DNA of 62,583 nucleotides. Source: Mollicutes bacterium (GTDB lineage: Bacteria; Bacillota_I; Bacilli_A; RF39; UBA660). Made by a program: the position numbers and the translations under genes. The stretch is from NCBI GenBank assembly GCA_012520435.1, contig JAAYOI010000019.1, positions 1 to 62,583 on the forward strand, written 5' to 3'. Below the pieces are notes generated by a model. The model was given only the letters and a program-made list of their open reading frames with translations, had not been told where the DNA came from and searched no databases. Below, piece after piece: positions 28,759 through 39,820 of this stretch (the first letter of the stretch is position 1; the number at the start of each line of letters is the position of its first letter).

Positions 28759-28766
28759 GGGTTTTT
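28741..28766 (+). terminator. Intrinsic terminator after trxB
   Basis: ACCCTTAA-TAAAAT-TTAAGGGT followed by TTTT. Confidence 0.65.
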
Positions 28767-28844
28767 AAATTGTTTTTTGATAATAAAAATGTGTTATAAT
28801 ATACAAGTAATAAATTAATTTTTGAATAGTAAAGAGGGATTAAC

Positions 28845-29945
28845 ATGGGATTAACTGTAGGTATTATTGGATTACCTAATGTTGGTAAATCAACACTTTT
28901 TAATGCTATAACTAAAAAAAGTATTTTAATAGCTAATTATCCTTTTGCTACAATTGATCCAAATGTTGGCATAGTAACCGTTCCTGATAAACGTTTGGAA
29001 TTTTTAGAACAATTATATATTCCCGAACGCTTAATACCAGCTACCTTTGAATTTACTGATATTGCGGGATTAGTAAAAGGTGCTTCACATGGTGAAGGTT
29101 TGGGAAATAAATTTTTATCACATATTCGTGAAGTAGATGCGATATGTGAAGTAGTTCGTTGTTTTGAAGATAAAAATATCACTCATGTTGAAGGTGATAT
29201 TGATCCAATTAGAGATATTGAAATAGTTAATGTTGAATTAATGTTAGCTGATTTAGAAGTTATTCTTAATCGTTTAAGCAAAATAAGTAAAAAAGCATTG
29301 TTGTCTAATGATAAAGAAGCTATTAAAGAAGCTGAATTATTAAATAGAATAAAAGAAAGTTTAGAAAAAAATATTCCAGTACGTAAATTAGAATTTGATG
29401 AATCAGAATTAAAAATCATTAAATCATTTAATTTGTTAACTTACAAACCAATTATTTATATAGCTAATGTAGGAGAAGAAGATCTAGTTGGGGAAGAAAG
29501 CATATATGTAAAATCAGTTAGAGAGTATGCTGAAAAAGAAGGATCAAAAGTAATAAAGTTGTGTGCTAAAATAGAATCCGAATTAAGTGAATTAAATGAT
29601 GATGATAAAAAATCTTTTTTAAACGATTTAGGAATATCAGAAAGTGGTTTGGACCAATTAGTTGCTACTACTTATTCTTTATTAGGTCTAGCTGCTTTCT
29701 TTACGGTAGGTGAAGATGAAGTTAAAGCTTGGACCTTTAAAAAAGGAATGAAGGCCCCTGAATGCGCAGGGATTATTCATAGTGATTTTGAAAAAGGATT
29801 TATTCGTGCTGAAGTGATGAGTTATCAGGATTTATTTGAATATGGTAGTGAAAAAGCTGTTCGTGAAGCAGGAAAAATGCGTTTAGAGGGAAAAGATTAT
29901 ATAGTAAAAGATGGAGATATATGTCATTTTAGATTTAGTGTATAA
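28845..29945 (+). CDS. ychF: Redox-regulated ATPase YchF
   Basis: 366 aa. GLPNVGKST, DIAGLVKGAS, C-terminal TGS/YchF domain. Confidence 0.95.
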   Translation: MGLTVGIIGLPNVGKSTLFNAITKKSILIANYPFATIDPNVGIVTVPDKRLEFLEQLYIPERLIPATFEFTDIAGLVKGASHGEGLGNKFLSHIREVDAICEVVRCFEDKNITHVEGDIDPIRDIEIVNVELMLADLEVILNRLSKISKKALLSNDKEAIKEAELLNRIKESLEKNIPVRKLEFDESELKIIKSFNLLTYKPIIYIANVGEEDLVGEESIYVKSVREYAEKEGSKVIKLCAKIESELSELNDDDKKSFLNDLGISESGLDQLVATTYSLLGLAAFFTVGEDEVKAWTFKKGMKAPECAGIIHSDFEKGFIRAEVMSYQDLFEYGSEKAVREAGKMRLEGKDYIVKDGDICHFRFSV

Positions 29946-29980
29946 ATATGCTTAAAAATATAGAAAGAAGTGAGTTGTAA

Positions 29981-30754
29981 ATGATTCGTGAATTTTTTTT
30001 AGATGATATTCCAGGAATTCCATTTAAATTATTTGGTATCGTTCATTTCTTATGTATAATTGTAACAATTATAGGAATTTTCTTTGTATATATTAATCGT
30101 AATAGGATTTATAACTTACCATATAATATAAAAAAAAGAATAAAATTGATTATTGTTTTTACAATGTTTATTAATATGAAATTATATTATATTCCTTTAA
30201 TGATATATGGACGTTATGATGGGCATGTTCATTTACCTTTGCATTTTTGCTTTATTTCTGGATATTTATTTATGTATGCTTTATTTTTTAATAAGCCTAA
30301 GCTTTATAAAATTATTTATTTTTTTGCGTACATAGGACCAATACCAGCTATTTTATGGCCTGATCCTGGTATGAATAGTAGTTTTGATTCTTTTTTGTTT
30401 TATCAATTTTTTATAAGTCATCATTTCTTTTTGGTTTCTAATTTATTTATCTTTTATACACAAAATTGGAATTTTAGATTAAAAGATATGTTTAAAAGTT
30501 TTATGGTAGCTCAAGTCATATTTGCAGTTATGTCTATTTTTAATGCCATTTTTGATACCAATTATATAATGTCTAAAGAATTACCACACCATATTATTGA
30601 ATTATTTCCATTTTTAGAAAATATAAAGCATCCTGTTATTATTTTAGAATTAACGGCTATTGCTATTATTATAATTGCTTGTATTCCTATTTATTTAAGA
30701 AATAAAGAAAAAAAAGAAAATACTAGTTTACAATATGCTGAAAGTTTGTTATAA
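29981..30754 (+). CDS. Polytopic membrane protein (possibly YwaF/TIGR02206 family)
   Basis: 257 aa with about 7 hydrophobic segments. The family call comes from general resemblance only. Confidence 0.5.
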   Translation: MIREFFLDDIPGIPFKLFGIVHFLCIIVTIIGIFFVYINRNRIYNLPYNIKKRIKLIIVFTMFINMKLYYIPLMIYGRYDGHVHLPLHFCFISGYLFMYALFFNKPKLYKIIYFFAYIGPIPAILWPDPGMNSSFDSFLFYQFFISHHFFLVSNLFIFYTQNWNFRLKDMFKSFMVAQVIFAVMSIFNAIFDTNYIMSKELPHHIIELFPFLENIKHPVIILELTAIAIIIIACIPIYLRNKEKKENTSLQYAESLL

Positions 30755-30821
30755 TCTATGCGAGTAATTGATTTACTCCTTGCTTCATTTTGAAGCCATT
30801 AGACCAAAAGGAGGTGGAATA

Positions 30822-31112
30822 ATGAAAAAATATGAAATAATGTTTATCATTAAACCAACATTAGGAGCAGATGAAATCAAAAATGTTATAGCTAATTTTG
30901 AAGAAATTTTAGCTTCAAATGGTGGTAAAATTGTTGAGTCAAAAGAATTGGGGCAAAGAGAATTAGCCTACGAAATTAAAAAATGTAAAAGTGGATATTA
31001 TTATATAATTATTATTGAAGCAAATAATGATAAACCTATTAAAGAATTTGATCGTTTAGCTTTAATTAATGATAATATTATTCGTCATTTAATTACTAAA
31101 ATAGAAATGTAA
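30822..31112 (+). CDS. rpsF: 30S ribosomal protein S6
   Basis: Start at ATG 30822 ([24 protein letters not shown]). rpsF-ssb-rpsR operon. Confidence 0.93.
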   Translation: MKKYEIMFIIKPTLGADEIKNVIANFEEILASNGGKIVESKELGQRELAYEIKKCKSGYYYIIIIEANNDKPIKEFDRLALINDNIIRHLITKIEM

Positions 31113-31128
31113 GAAAAGAGGTAAAGTC

Positions 31129-31614
31129 ATGAATCGTGTAGAATTAGTTGGAAGATTAACCGCCAAACCAGAATTACGTTATACTAATTCGCAAGTTCCA
31201 TTTACGCGATTTACGGTAGCAGTTAACCGTAATTTTACTAATGCGCAAGGACAAAGAGAAGCAGATTTTATTAATATTGTGATTTGGCGTAAACAAGCAG
31301 AAAATGTATGTAACTATCTTGATAAAGGAAGTTTAGTGGCAATTGAAGGAAGACTTCAAACACGAACTTATGTAGATAAAGATGGAAATAAGCGATATGC
31401 CATGGAAGTTTTGGCAGACTCAGTTCATTTCTTAGAAACGAAAGCACAGGCTCAAGCAAGAAGTCAAAATAGCGAAATAAATAACTTTGATAATTATAGT
31501 AATGATATTACACCATATAATTATCAAGAGTATTCAGATGGTGTAGATGTTAATGAAGATCCGTTTGCTGATTTTGGTGATAGTGTATCACTTGATGATG
31601 CCGATTTAGATTAA
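31129..31614 (+). CDS. ssb: Single-stranded DNA-binding protein
   Basis: 161 aa. [11 protein letters not shown]..., OB fold, Q/N-rich linker, acidic C-terminus ending DDADLD. Confidence 0.93.
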   Translation: MNRVELVGRLTAKPELRYTNSQVPFTRFTVAVNRNFTNAQGQREADFINIVIWRKQAENVCNYLDKGSLVAIEGRLQTRTYVDKDGNKRYAMEVLADSVHFLETKAQAQARSQNSEINNFDNYSNDITPYNYQEYSDGVDVNEDPFADFGDSVSLDDADLD

Positions 31615-31629
31615 AAAGGAGGAGTGTAA

Positions 31630-31848
31630 ATGGCTGATTATCATAAAAAGAAAAAGAAAGTATGTCAAATGTGTAGTGGAAAAACTTTTGATTATAAAGA
31701 TGTTGAATCTTTAAAAAAATATATTAGTAATGATAAAGGAAAAATTTTACCAAAAAGAATCACTGGTAGTTGTGCTAAACATCAAAGATATATTGCTAAT
31801 GAAATTAAAAAAGCTCGATTTATGGCTTTATTACCTTTTGTTAAATAA
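31630..31848 (+). CDS. rpsR: 30S ribosomal protein S18
   Basis: 72 aa. ...[32 protein letters not shown]. Confidence 0.93.
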   Translation: MADYHKKKKKVCQMCSGKTFDYKDVESLKKYISNDKGKILPKRITGSCAKHQRYIANEIKKARFMALLPFVK

Positions 31849-31873
31849 AGATTGCTATGCAATCTTTTTTTTT
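31847..31873 (+). terminator. Intrinsic terminator after rpsR
   Basis: AAAGATTGC-TAT-GCAATCTTT followed by T6. Confidence 0.75.
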
Positions 31874-32073
31874 AGATTATGTACTGTAATAACTAAACTA
31901 CAATACTTTTATATTTTTTCATTAGAATGACAAAATTATCAAATGTTCATTATATAATTTTAATTTTTTTAATATAACTTAAAAATTTTTATTTATTAAT
32001 ATAATATAGATAAATGCCAAAACTATCTATAGTTAATTTGATTGTAAATATTAAATAAATGTTAAAAAAATGC

Positions 32074-32102
32074 TTGCATTTCATATAATAATGGTGTATA
32101 AT
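32074..32102 (+). promoter_or_regulatory. Sigma-A promoter of the S10 operon
   Basis: TTGCAT, 17-nt spacer, TATAAT, preceded by about 180 bp of UP-like A/T tract. Confidence 0.65.
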
Positions 32103-32233
32103 TCTGCATGTGTGGCATGCGATGATGTGTAAGGTTGCTGATACACCAGGTTAAGTTGTGATAAAAAACCTGAGGTACTGGGTTTTTACACGGAGCAAGT
32201 CTATACTTGATATAGGCGAAGGGAGGAAGAAGA
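32103..32233 (+). promoter_or_regulatory. Structured 5' leader of the S10 operon (about 130 nt)
   Basis: Locally GC-richer than its surroundings. Hairpins GCATG-TGTGG-CATGC and AAAAACC-N9-GGGTTTTT (terminator-like) precede the rpsJ SD. Confidence 0.4.
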
Positions 32234-32545
32234 ATGGCAAAGGAGAGAGTTCGTATCAAATTGAAAGCATATGAACACAGAATCCTAGATAATGCTTGTG
32301 CAAAAATTGTTGAAACAGTTAAAAGAACAGGTGGAGAAATTAGTGGACCAATTCCACTACCAACGGAAATTGAAAAAATCACTATTCTTAGAGCTGTTCA
32401 CAAATATAAGGATTCACGTGAGCAATTTGAAAAAAGAACTCATAAACGATTGATTGATATTATCAATCCAAGTAAAGAAACGATTGAGGCATTAACGCAT
32501 TTGGAAATTCCAAGTGGTGTTGATATTCAAATCAAGAAAATATAA
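32234..32545 (+). CDS. rpsJ: 30S ribosomal protein S10
   Basis: 103 aa. [19 protein letters not shown]... First gene of the S10 operon. Confidence 0.97.
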   Translation: MAKERVRIKLKAYEHRILDNACAKIVETVKRTGGEISGPIPLPTEIEKITILRAVHKYKDSREQFEKRTHKRLIDIINPSKETIEALTHLEIPSGVDIQIKKI

Positions 32546-32575
32546 TTAAATTATTTTATTTAGGAGGATGAATTT

Positions 32576-33361
32576 ATGAAAGGAATCTTAGGTCGTAAAA
32601 TTGGTATGGCACAAGTATTTACGGAAACTGGAAAATTAATTCCTGTTACTGTTATTGAAGTTGAACCAAATGTAGTAACCCAAATTAAAACTAAAGAAAA
32701 AGATGGTTATGATGCGATTCAACTTGGATATGGTAACATCCGTGAAAAATTAGCGACTAAATCTTCAATTGGTCATACCAATAAAGTTAATACTACACCT
32801 AAGCGCTTCTTTAAAGAAATTAGAGGTGTAGATGTAAATAATTATTCATTAGGACAAGAAATTACTGTTGATATTTTTACTCCAGGAGAATATGTTGACG
32901 TTACAGGAACCTCAAAAGGAAAAGGTTTCCAAGGTGTTATTAAAAGACATAATCAAAGTCGTGGTCCAATGAGTCATGGTTCACAATACCACAGAGGCGT
33001 AGGTTCAATGGGTACTATGCTTGCTATGCGTGTTTTAAAAGGTAAAAAATTACCTGGCCATATGGGTAATGAAACAGTAACTATTCAAAATCTTGAAGTT
33101 GTATCAGTTGATAATGAAAATAATGTAATTCTAATTAAGGGTAGTGTCCCAGGACCTAAAAAAACATTGGTTGTTATTAAAACAGCAGTTAAAAAACCAG
33201 GTGTAATCAATAAAACAGAAAATTTAGTTTCTTATACTGATAGTGAAAATATAAATGTTAGTGAATCTGTTGGAGAAACAAACGAAGTTACAGAAGAAAC
33301 TAATGAAGTAGTAGAAGAAAACGAAATAGTAGAAGAAACTAAAGAAGAAGAAAACCAATAG
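32576..33361 (+). CDS. rplC: 50S ribosomal protein L3 (with an acidic C-terminal extension)
   Basis: 261 aa. [15 protein letters not shown]..., [11 protein letters not shown]. The last about 50 aa are E/N/T-rich. Confidence 0.96.
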   Translation: MKGILGRKIGMAQVFTETGKLIPVTVIEVEPNVVTQIKTKEKDGYDAIQLGYGNIREKLATKSSIGHTNKVNTTPKRFFKEIRGVDVNNYSLGQEITVDIFTPGEYVDVTGTSKGKGFQGVIKRHNQSRGPMSHGSQYHRGVGSMGTMLAMRVLKGKKLPGHMGNETVTIQNLEVVSVDNENNVILIKGSVPGPKKTLVVIKTAVKKPGVINKTENLVSYTDSENINVSESVGETNEVTEETNEVVEENEIVEETKEEENQ

Positions 33362-33372
33362 GAGGAATATAG

Positions 33373-33999
33373 ATGGAAAAAATGTCTGTATTAAACATAA
33401 ATGGAAATAAGGTTAAGGACATTACTTTGAAAACTGATATTTGGGGAATTGAACCAAATGATACAGTACTATATGATGCAATTAGATTAACAAGAAATGC
33501 TTTAAGACAAGGAACCCATTCAACTAAAACACGTAGTGAAGTAAGTGGTGGCGGGAGAAAACCATGGCGTCAAAAAGGAACAGGTCATGCTCGTCAAGGT
33601 AGCATTCGTGCGCCACAATGGCGTCATGGAGGTATTGTATTTGGACCAAAACCAAGAGATTATTCAATAAAAATGAATAAAAAAGAAAGTCTTTTAGCAA
33701 TTAAATCAGCGTTATCATATAAAGTATTAAATAATGAATTGATTGTTGTTGATAATTTAAATATTGAAAACTCAAAAACTAAAGAAATGAAAAACATTTT
33801 AAATAATTTAGATATTATTAAAGAAAAAGTATTAATTGTTGTTGATGAATTAACTGATAATTTAATATTAGCAACTCGTAATTTAGAAAATGTAATGTTA
33901 TTAGATGTTAATGAAATTAATACATATGATATTGTTTCTGCTGATAAAATGATGATTACTGCTAAAGCAGTTGAAAAATTAGAGGAGGTGCTTGTATAA
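33373..33999 (+). CDS. rplD: 50S ribosomal protein L4
   Basis: 208 aa. GGGRKPWRQKGTGHARQGSIRAPQWRHGG. Confidence 0.96.
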   Translation: MEKMSVLNINGNKVKDITLKTDIWGIEPNDTVLYDAIRLTRNALRQGTHSTKTRSEVSGGGRKPWRQKGTGHARQGSIRAPQWRHGGIVFGPKPRDYSIKMNKKESLLAIKSALSYKVLNNELIVVDNLNIENSKTKEMKNILNNLDIIKEKVLIVVDELTDNLILATRNLENVMLLDVNEINTYDIVSADKMMITAKAVEKLEEVLV

Positions 34000-34281
34000 A
34001 TGAATAATTATAGAGATATTATAAAAGCACCAATTGTTACTGAAAAAAGTGGTTTTTTAAATCAAAATAATAATACTGTAACTTTTAGTGTTGATGTTAA
34101 AGCTAATAAGACGCAAATTAAACAAGCAGTTGAAAAATTATTTAATGTTGATGTTGAAAGTGTGAATATTGTTAATGTTAAGCCAAAAACAAGAAGAGTA
34201 GGACGTTATGTCGGAAAAACTAATAAAGTAAAGAAAGCGATTGTTAAATTAAAGGAAGGAAGTTCAATTGAACTGAACTAA
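34000..34281 (+). CDS. rplW: 50S ribosomal protein L23
   Basis: 93 aa. [11 protein letters not shown]...; operon order. Confidence 0.95.
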   Translation: MNNYRDIIKAPIVTEKSGFLNQNNNTVTFSVDVKANKTQIKQAVEKLFNVDVESVNIVNVKPKTRRVGRYVGKTNKVKKAIVKLKEGSSIELN

Positions 34282-34298
34282 TCTAAAGGAGGATAAGT

Positions 34299-35129
34299 AT
34301 GGCAATAAAAACGTATAAACCCACAACCAGTGGTCGCCGTGGTATGTCAGCCCTTGTTAACGAAGAAATAACCAAAACTACTCCTGAAAAATCATTACTT
34401 GTAACTTTAAAGAAAACAGGTGGCCGTACTAATCAAGGTAAGATTACCTTAAGGCACCGCGGTGGTGGCGCTAAAAGAAAATATCGTGTTATTGATTTTA
34501 AAAGAGATAAAGATGGTATTATTGGTACTATTAAATCAATTGAATATGATCCAAATAGAACAGCTAATATCGCTTTAGTAAATTATGCTGATGGCGAAAA
34601 AAGATATATTATTGCACCAAAAGATATAAAAGTTGGAGATCAAATTATAAGTGGTGAAAAAGTTGATATCAAGATTGGAAATGCCTTACCACTAGGCAAT
34701 ATTCCAGAAGGAACTTTTGTTCATAATATTGAATTAAAAGCTGGAAAAGGTGGCGAATTAGCACGTGCTGCTGGAGCTAGTGCACAAGTATTAGGACATG
34801 AAAGTAAATATACTTTATTACGTTTAAAAAGTGGTGAAGTTCGTAAGGTATTAAATACTTGTCGTGCAACAATTGGTGAAGTTGGTAATATTGATCATGA
34901 ATTAATAAATATTGGTAAAGCAGGTCGTAAAAGACATATGGGGATTAAACCTACCGTTCGTGGTTCAGTTATGAACCCTAATGATCACCCACATGGTGGT
35001 GGTGAAGGTAGAGCACCTGTTGGTCGTAAAAATCCAGTTACTCCTTGGGGTAAACCAGCATTAGGTGTTAAGACACGTGACAAGAAAAAAGCTTCAAATA
35101 AATTAATTGTTCATCGTCGTAAAAAATAA
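34299..35129 (+). CDS. rplB: 50S ribosomal protein L2
   Basis: 276 aa. [14 protein letters not shown] and [13 protein letters not shown]. Confidence 0.97.
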   Translation: MAIKTYKPTTSGRRGMSALVNEEITKTTPEKSLLVTLKKTGGRTNQGKITLRHRGGGAKRKYRVIDFKRDKDGIIGTIKSIEYDPNRTANIALVNYADGEKRYIIAPKDIKVGDQIISGEKVDIKIGNALPLGNIPEGTFVHNIELKAGKGGELARAAGASAQVLGHESKYTLLRLKSGEVRKVLNTCRATIGEVGNIDHELINIGKAGRKRHMGIKPTVRGSVMNPNDHPHGGGEGRAPVGRKNPVTPWGKPALGVKTRDKKKASNKLIVHRRKK

Positions 35130-35145
35130 TGAAAGGATGGTTTGA

Positions 35146-35421
35146 ATGGCTAGAAGTTTAAAGAAAGGTCCCTTTGTTGATGAAAGTTTAATGAAAAAAG
35201 TAAGAAGAGTTAATGAATCTGGGAAAAAAGAAATAATTAAAACATGGTCTCGTCGTTCAACAATTTTTCCTGAATTTGTAGGACATACATTTGCGGTTCA
35301 TAATGGTAAAGAATTTATACCTGTTTATGTAACAGAAGATATGGTTGGCCACAAATTAGGAGAATTTGCATTAACCCGCAAATTTGGTGGACACGGCGAA
35401 GCAAAAGAAGAAAAAAGATAA
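35146..35421 (+). CDS. rpsS: 30S ribosomal protein S19
   Basis: 91 aa. [12 protein letters not shown] and [23 protein letters not shown]. Confidence 0.97.
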   Translation: MARSLKKGPFVDESLMKKVRRVNESGKKEIIKTWSRRSTIFPEFVGHTFAVHNGKEFIPVYVTEDMVGHKLGEFALTRKFGGHGEAKEEKR

Positions 35422-35448
35422 TTGTAATGACCAGGAAGGAGGACTAAA

Positions 35449-35784
35449 ATGGAAGCAAAAGCGATTGCTAAAGGCGTTCGAATCGCCCCTCGCAAAGCTC
35501 GTTTAGTTATAGATTTAGTACGTGGAAAAAAAGTAGATGAAGCTGATCATATTTTAAGTAATTTAAATAAAGAAGCTGCAAGAATAATTCGTAAAGTTTT
35601 AATTTCAGCTGTAGCAAATGCTGAAAACAACTTAGGATTAAATAAAGAAAATTTATATATTAAGGAAGCTATCGTTAATGAAGGTCAAACTTTAAAAAGA
35701 ATCCGATTTGGTTCACGTGGCCACATCGATCCAATAAAGAGAAGAACAAGTCATATTATGATTGTTGTAAGCGAGAGAAATTAA
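35449..35784 (+). CDS. rplV: 50S ribosomal protein L22
   Basis: 111 aa. [27 protein letters not shown]. Confidence 0.96.
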   Translation: MEAKAIAKGVRIAPRKARLVIDLVRGKKVDEADHILSNLNKEAARIIRKVLISAVANAENNLGLNKENLYIKEAIVNEGQTLKRIRFGSRGHIDPIKRRTSHIMIVVSERN

Positions 35785-35801
35785 GCAAAGGAGGTATACT
35801 A

Positions 35802-36482
35802 ATGGGACAGAAGGTTAGTCCAATTGGACTTAGAATAGGTATAAATAAAACTTGGGAATCAAAATGGTATGCCAATAATAAAGATTTTGCTATGTTTTTA
35901 AATGATGATATTAAGATTCGCAAGTTTTTATTTAAAAAATTAAAAGATGCTGCTGTTTCAAATATAATAATTGAAAGAACCAGTAAAAAGACTGATGTTA
36001 TTATTAATACTGCTAAACCAGGAGTAGTAATTGGTCATGGTGGTAATGAAGTAGAAAAAATTAGAAAAGAATTATCTAAATTAGTTAATGAAAATATTGA
36101 AATATCTATTATGGAGGTAAAAAATCCTAATTTAGATGCTGCTCTTGTAGCCGAAAGTATTGCTCATCAAATTGAAAATCGTGTTTCTTTTAGAGTGGCT
36201 CAAAAAAGAGCAATTAAAAATGTTATGAGAGCTGGAGCCAAAGGAATTAAAACAGCAGTTTCAGGACGTTTAGGTGGAGCTGATATGGCTAGAACCGAAG
36301 GTTATACTGAAGGACTAATTCCACTTCATACTTTAAGATCTGATGTAGATTATGCTCATAAAGAAGCAAATACTAACTTTGGAAAAATAGGTGTTAAAGT
36401 ATGGATTTATAAAGGAGAAATCCTTCCTGAAAAGAAAAATAAGGGAGGTAATGAAAATGGCGCTAATACCAAAGAAAACTAA
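35802..36482 (+). CDS. rpsC: 30S ribosomal protein S3
   Basis: 226 aa. [24 protein letters not shown]. The 3' end overlaps rplP by 26 nt. Confidence 0.96.
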   Translation: MGQKVSPIGLRIGINKTWESKWYANNKDFAMFLNDDIKIRKFLFKKLKDAAVSNIIIERTSKKTDVIINTAKPGVVIGHGGNEVEKIRKELSKLVNENIEISIMEVKNPNLDAALVAESIAHQIENRVSFRVAQKRAIKNVMRAGAKGIKTAVSGRLGGADMARTEGYTEGLIPLHTLRSDVDYAHKEANTNFGKIGVKVWIYKGEILPEKKNKGGNENGANTKEN

Positions 36483-36888
36483 ATATCGTAAACCTCATCG
36501 CATATCATATGAGGGAAAATCCAAGGGTAATACTGAATTGCATTTTGGAAAATATGGATTAATGGCTTTAGAAGGTGCTTGGGTAACACAACAACAAATT
36601 GAAGCTGCTCGTGTTGCTATGACACGTTATATGAAACGTGGTGGAAAGGTTTGGATTAACATTTTTCCACACTTAGCATTAACTAGAATCCCATTAGAAA
36701 CGCGTATGGGTAAAGGTAAAGGCCAACCAGAATTATGGGTAGCAGTTGTAAAAGAAGGAAAAATTATTTTTGAAGTAGATGAAGTTGATGAAACTACTGC
36801 ACGTGAAGCATTACGCTTAGCAATGCACAAATTACCTATTAAGTGTAAATTTATAAAGAAGGAAAGTGGTGAGGCTAATGAAAATTAA
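36457..36888 (+). CDS. rplP: 50S ribosomal protein L16
   Basis: Start ATG 36457 ([15 protein letters not shown]; ATG 36451 is also possible) after an AAGGGAGG SD. The ORF-track start at 36391 was rejected. Confidence 0.93.
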   Translation: MALIPKKTKYRKPHRISYEGKSKGNTELHFGKYGLMALEGAWVTQQQIEAARVAMTRYMKRGGKVWINIFPHLALTRIPLETRMGKGKGQPELWVAVVKEGKIIFEVDEVDETTAREALRLAMHKLPIKCKFIKKESGEANEN

Positions 36889-37075
36889 AGAAATTAGAGA
36901 ATTATCTAATGAAGAAATTCTTAAAAAAATAGAAGAATACAAAGAAGAATTATTTAATTTACGTTTTAGCCAAGCTACTGGAACCCTTGAAAAACCTTCA
37001 AGAATTCGTGAACTTAGAAAGCAAGTAGCACGAATGAAAACAATTTTACGTGAACGTGAATTGAAGGGAGAATAA
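36878..37075 (+). CDS. rpmC: 50S ribosomal protein L29
   Basis: Start ATG 36878 ([20 protein letters not shown]). Overlaps the rplP stop. Confidence 0.93.
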   Translation: MKIKEIRELSNEEILKKIEEYKEELFNLRFSQATGTLEKPSRIRELRKQVARMKTILRERELKGE

Positions 37076-37084
37076 GGAGGAAAT

Positions 37085-37342
37085 ATGGAATCAAGAAGAA
37101 AAGAATTAATTGGAAGAGTTGTAAGTGATAAATGCGATAAAACGATTATCGTTCTAATCGAGACTTACAAAACAGATAAATTATATGGGAAACGTGTTAA
37201 GTATTCTAAGAAGTATGCTGCTCATGATGAAAAAAATGAAGCAAAGGTTGGCGATTTAGTACGTATTGTTGAAACTAGACCATTATCTAAGACTAAACGT
37301 TATCGTTTAGCGGAAATTATAGAAAAGGCAATTATATTATAA
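37085..37342 (+). CDS. rpsQ: 30S ribosomal protein S17
   Basis: 85 aa. [19 protein letters not shown]... and [10 protein letters not shown]. Confidence 0.96.
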   Translation: MESRRKELIGRVVSDKCDKTIIVLIETYKTDKLYGKRVKYSKKYAAHDEKNEAKVGDLVRIVETRPLSKTKRYRLAEIIEKAIIL

Positions 37343-37369
37343 TTGTAACTCGAAAAGGAGGAATATTTT

Positions 37370-37738
37370 ATGGTTCAACAAGAAAGCGTTTTAAAAGTTG
37401 CTGATAACTCTGGTGCTCGTGAATTGTTAGTTATTAGAGTATTAGGTGGTAGCAATGTTAAAACAGGAAATATTGGCGATATTGTTGTTGGAACAGTTAA
37501 AAAAGCTATTCCTAATAGTGGAGTAAAAAAAGGAAAAGTAGTTAAAGCTGTTATTGTTAGAACAAAAGCTGGTTTAAGAAGAGAAGATGGCTCTTATATT
37601 AAATTTGATGATAATGCTTGTGTTCTTATTAAAGAAGATAAGACACCTATAGCAACCCGTGTCTTTGGACCAGTTGCTCGTGAATTACGTGATAAAAATT
37701 TTATGAAAATTATATCACTTGCTAAAGAAGTGTTATAG
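37370..37738 (+). CDS. rplN: 50S ribosomal protein L14
   Basis: 122 aa. [19 protein letters not shown]. Confidence 0.97.
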   Translation: MVQQESVLKVADNSGARELLVIRVLGGSNVKTGNIGDIVVGTVKKAIPNSGVKKGKVVKAVIVRTKAGLRREDGSYIKFDDNACVLIKEDKTPIATRVFGPVARELRDKNFMKIISLAKEVL

Positions 37739-37752
37739 TTTGGAGGGAAAGT

Positions 37753-38061
37753 ATGAAGTTAAAAGTTGGAGATAAAGTTGTTGTTATTGCTGGTAAAGAT
37801 CGCGGTAAAGAAGGGAAAATAACAAAAATATTAAGAGCCGAAAATAAAGTAATAGTTGAAAATGTTAATATAATAAAAAAACATATTAAATCAGATGGGC
37901 AAACAGCAGGTGGTATTATTGAAATGGAAGCACCAATTGATGCATCTAATGTTATGATTGTGGATCCAAAAACAAAGAAAAGAACAAAAATTGGATATAC
38001 ATTTGATAAAAAAGGTAAAAAGATTAGAATTGCTAAAAAATCTAATGAAAAACTTGATTAA
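37753..38061 (+). CDS. rplX: 50S ribosomal protein L24
   Basis: 102 aa. [23 protein letters not shown]. Confidence 0.96.
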   Translation: MKLKVGDKVVVIAGKDRGKEGKITKILRAENKVIVENVNIIKKHIKSDGQTAGGIIEMEAPIDASNVMIVDPKTKKRTKIGYTFDKKGKKIRIAKKSNEKLD

Positions 38062-38078
38062 TTGGAAGGAGGGTACAC

Positions 38079-38618
38079 ATGAACCGCCTAAAAGAAAAAA
38101 ATATTAAGGAAGTTATACCTAGCTTAATGGAAAAGAACGGTTATAAATCAGTTATGGAAGTCCCAAAATTAGAAAAAATAGTTGTCAATATTGGTGTTGG
38201 AGATGCAACTACTAATAGTAAATTTTTAGATGCGGCGGTTGCTGATTTAGCAGCTATAACCGGTCAAAAACCAGTTGTAACAAGAGCTAAAAAAGCTATC
38301 GCTGGATTCAAATTAAAAAAAGGGCAAGCAATTGGTTGTAAAGTAACACTTCGTGGTGATAGAATGTACAATTTCCTAGATAAATTAATTAATATTACAT
38401 TACCACGTGTAAGAGACTTTAGAGGATTATCTCCTAAATCATTTGATGGTTATGGCAACTATACTTTAGGTTTAACTGAACAATTAATTTTTTCAGAGAT
38501 AGATTATGATAATATTGTTAAAGTACGTGGCATGGATATTGTTTTAGTTACAACCGCTAAAACTAATGAAGAATCACTTGATCTCTTAAAAGGTCTTGGG
38601 ATGCCGTTTAAGAAATAA
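38079..38618 (+). CDS. rplE: 50S ribosomal protein L5
   Basis: 179 aa. [14 protein letters not shown]... and [15 protein letters not shown]. Confidence 0.96.
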   Translation: MNRLKEKNIKEVIPSLMEKNGYKSVMEVPKLEKIVVNIGVGDATTNSKFLDAAVADLAAITGQKPVVTRAKKAIAGFKLKKGQAIGCKVTLRGDRMYNFLDKLINITLPRVRDFRGLSPKSFDGYGNYTLGLTEQLIFSEIDYDNIVKVRGMDIVLVTTAKTNEESLDLLKGLGMPFKK

Positions 38619-38638
38619 CTCTAAAAAAGGAGGATATT

Positions 38639-38824
38639 ATGGCTAAAAAAAGTTTAATTATAAAAGCACAAAGAAAACCAAAGTTTAAAGTAAGAGAATA
38701 TACACGTTGCCAAAGATGTGGAAGACCTCGTGCTGTACTTAGAAAATATGGAATTTGCCGTATTTGTTTTAGAGAATTAGCTTATAAAGGACAAATACCA
38801 GGTTTTAGAAAATCAAGCTGGTAA
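38639..38824 (+). CDS. rpsN: 30S ribosomal protein S14 type Z (zinc-binding)
   Basis: 61 aa. CQRCGRP...CRICFRE Cys4. Ends in KSSW. Confidence 0.96.
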   Translation: MAKKSLIIKAQRKPKFKVREYTRCQRCGRPRAVLRKYGICRICFRELAYKGQIPGFRKSSW

Positions 38825-38844
38825 AACCAGAAGGGAGGATATAT

Positions 38845-39243
38845 ATGGTAGTAACTGATCCAATTGCAGATATGCTTACAAGAATACGTAATGCTAATCA
38901 AATGCGTTATAAAGATGTGGAAGTACCTGCTTCAAAGTTAAAAATTGAAATTGCGCGTATCTTAAAAGAAGAAGGATTTATAGCTGACTACAAAGTAAAG
39001 AAACAAAAGATTCAAGATAGTATAATTTTAATTTTAAAATATGGTCAAAATAAAGAACGTGTTATCACTGGTTTAAAGAGAATTTCAAAACCAGGATTAC
39101 GTGTATATGTTAAGGCTGAAGAAGTACCAAAGGTATTAAATGGGTTAGGTATTGCAATTATTTCAACATCAAAAGGGATAATGACTGACAAACAAGCTAG
39201 AAAAGAAAAACTTGGTGGCGAAGTTCTAGCTTATGTTTGGTAA
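38845..39243 (+). CDS. rpsH: 30S ribosomal protein S8
   Basis: 132 aa. [14 protein letters not shown] and GGEVLAYVW. Confidence 0.97.
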   Translation: MVVTDPIADMLTRIRNANQMRYKDVEVPASKLKIEIARILKEEGFIADYKVKKQKIQDSIILILKYGQNKERVITGLKRISKPGLRVYVKAEEVPKVLNGLGIAIISTSKGIMTDKQARKEKLGGEVLAYVW

Positions 39244-39262
39244 AAAGTAAGGAGGATAAATA

Positions 39263-39796
39263 ATGAGTCGTATTGGTAATAGAGTGATATCAATACCTGA
39301 AAATGTTACAGTAACAGTAAATGATAATATTGTTAGTGTTAAAGGTCCTAAAGGTGAACTTTCTACAAAAATTGATCGTCATCTTTCAGTTGAAATTAAT
39401 GATAATAAAATTATTATTACAAGACAAGACGACAATTTTAAGAATCTTCATGGAACCGCTAATGCTAATATAAAAAATATGATTGTTGGTGTAACACAAG
39501 GATATGAAAAAGGATTAGAAATAATTGGTGTCGGTTATCGTTTTGCGCTTGAAGGACGCAAACTTGTTGTAAATGCTGGATATTCTCATCCTATTAAAAT
39601 GGATATACCAGCAGGTATAACCGTTGAAATACCAAGCAATACAGAATTAAAAATAAAAGGTATAGATAAATGCCTTGTTGGTGAGTTTGCAGCCCAAATT
39701 CGTAAAATAAGAGAACCTGAACCTTATAAAGGAAAAGGAATTCGTTATAAAGACGAATATGTTCGTCGTAAAGAAGGAAAGAAAGCTTCTAAGTAA
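39263..39796 (+). CDS. rplF: 50S ribosomal protein L6
   Basis: 177 aa. MSRIGNRVISIPENVTV and PYKGKGIRYKDE. Confidence 0.96.
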   Translation: MSRIGNRVISIPENVTVTVNDNIVSVKGPKGELSTKIDRHLSVEINDNKIIITRQDDNFKNLHGTANANIKNMIVGVTQGYEKGLEIIGVGYRFALEGRKLVVNAGYSHPIKMDIPAGITVEIPSNTELKIKGIDKCLVGEFAAQIRKIREPEPYKGKGIRYKDEYVRRKEGKKASK

Positions 39797-39820
39797 TCTA
39801 AAGTAAAGGAGAGATTTACA

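Noticed and set aside
32062-32382. 106-aa minus-strand ORF over the S10 leader and the rpsJ start
   Set aside because: It is antisense to rpsJ and its promoter, with no SD and no recognisable motif.
36457-36482. The 26-nt rpsC/rplP overlap as a frameshift or fusion artefact
   Set aside because: Both proteins are complete and canonical. S3 simply has a short extra basic/Asn-rich tail, and the rplP SD lies inside it.
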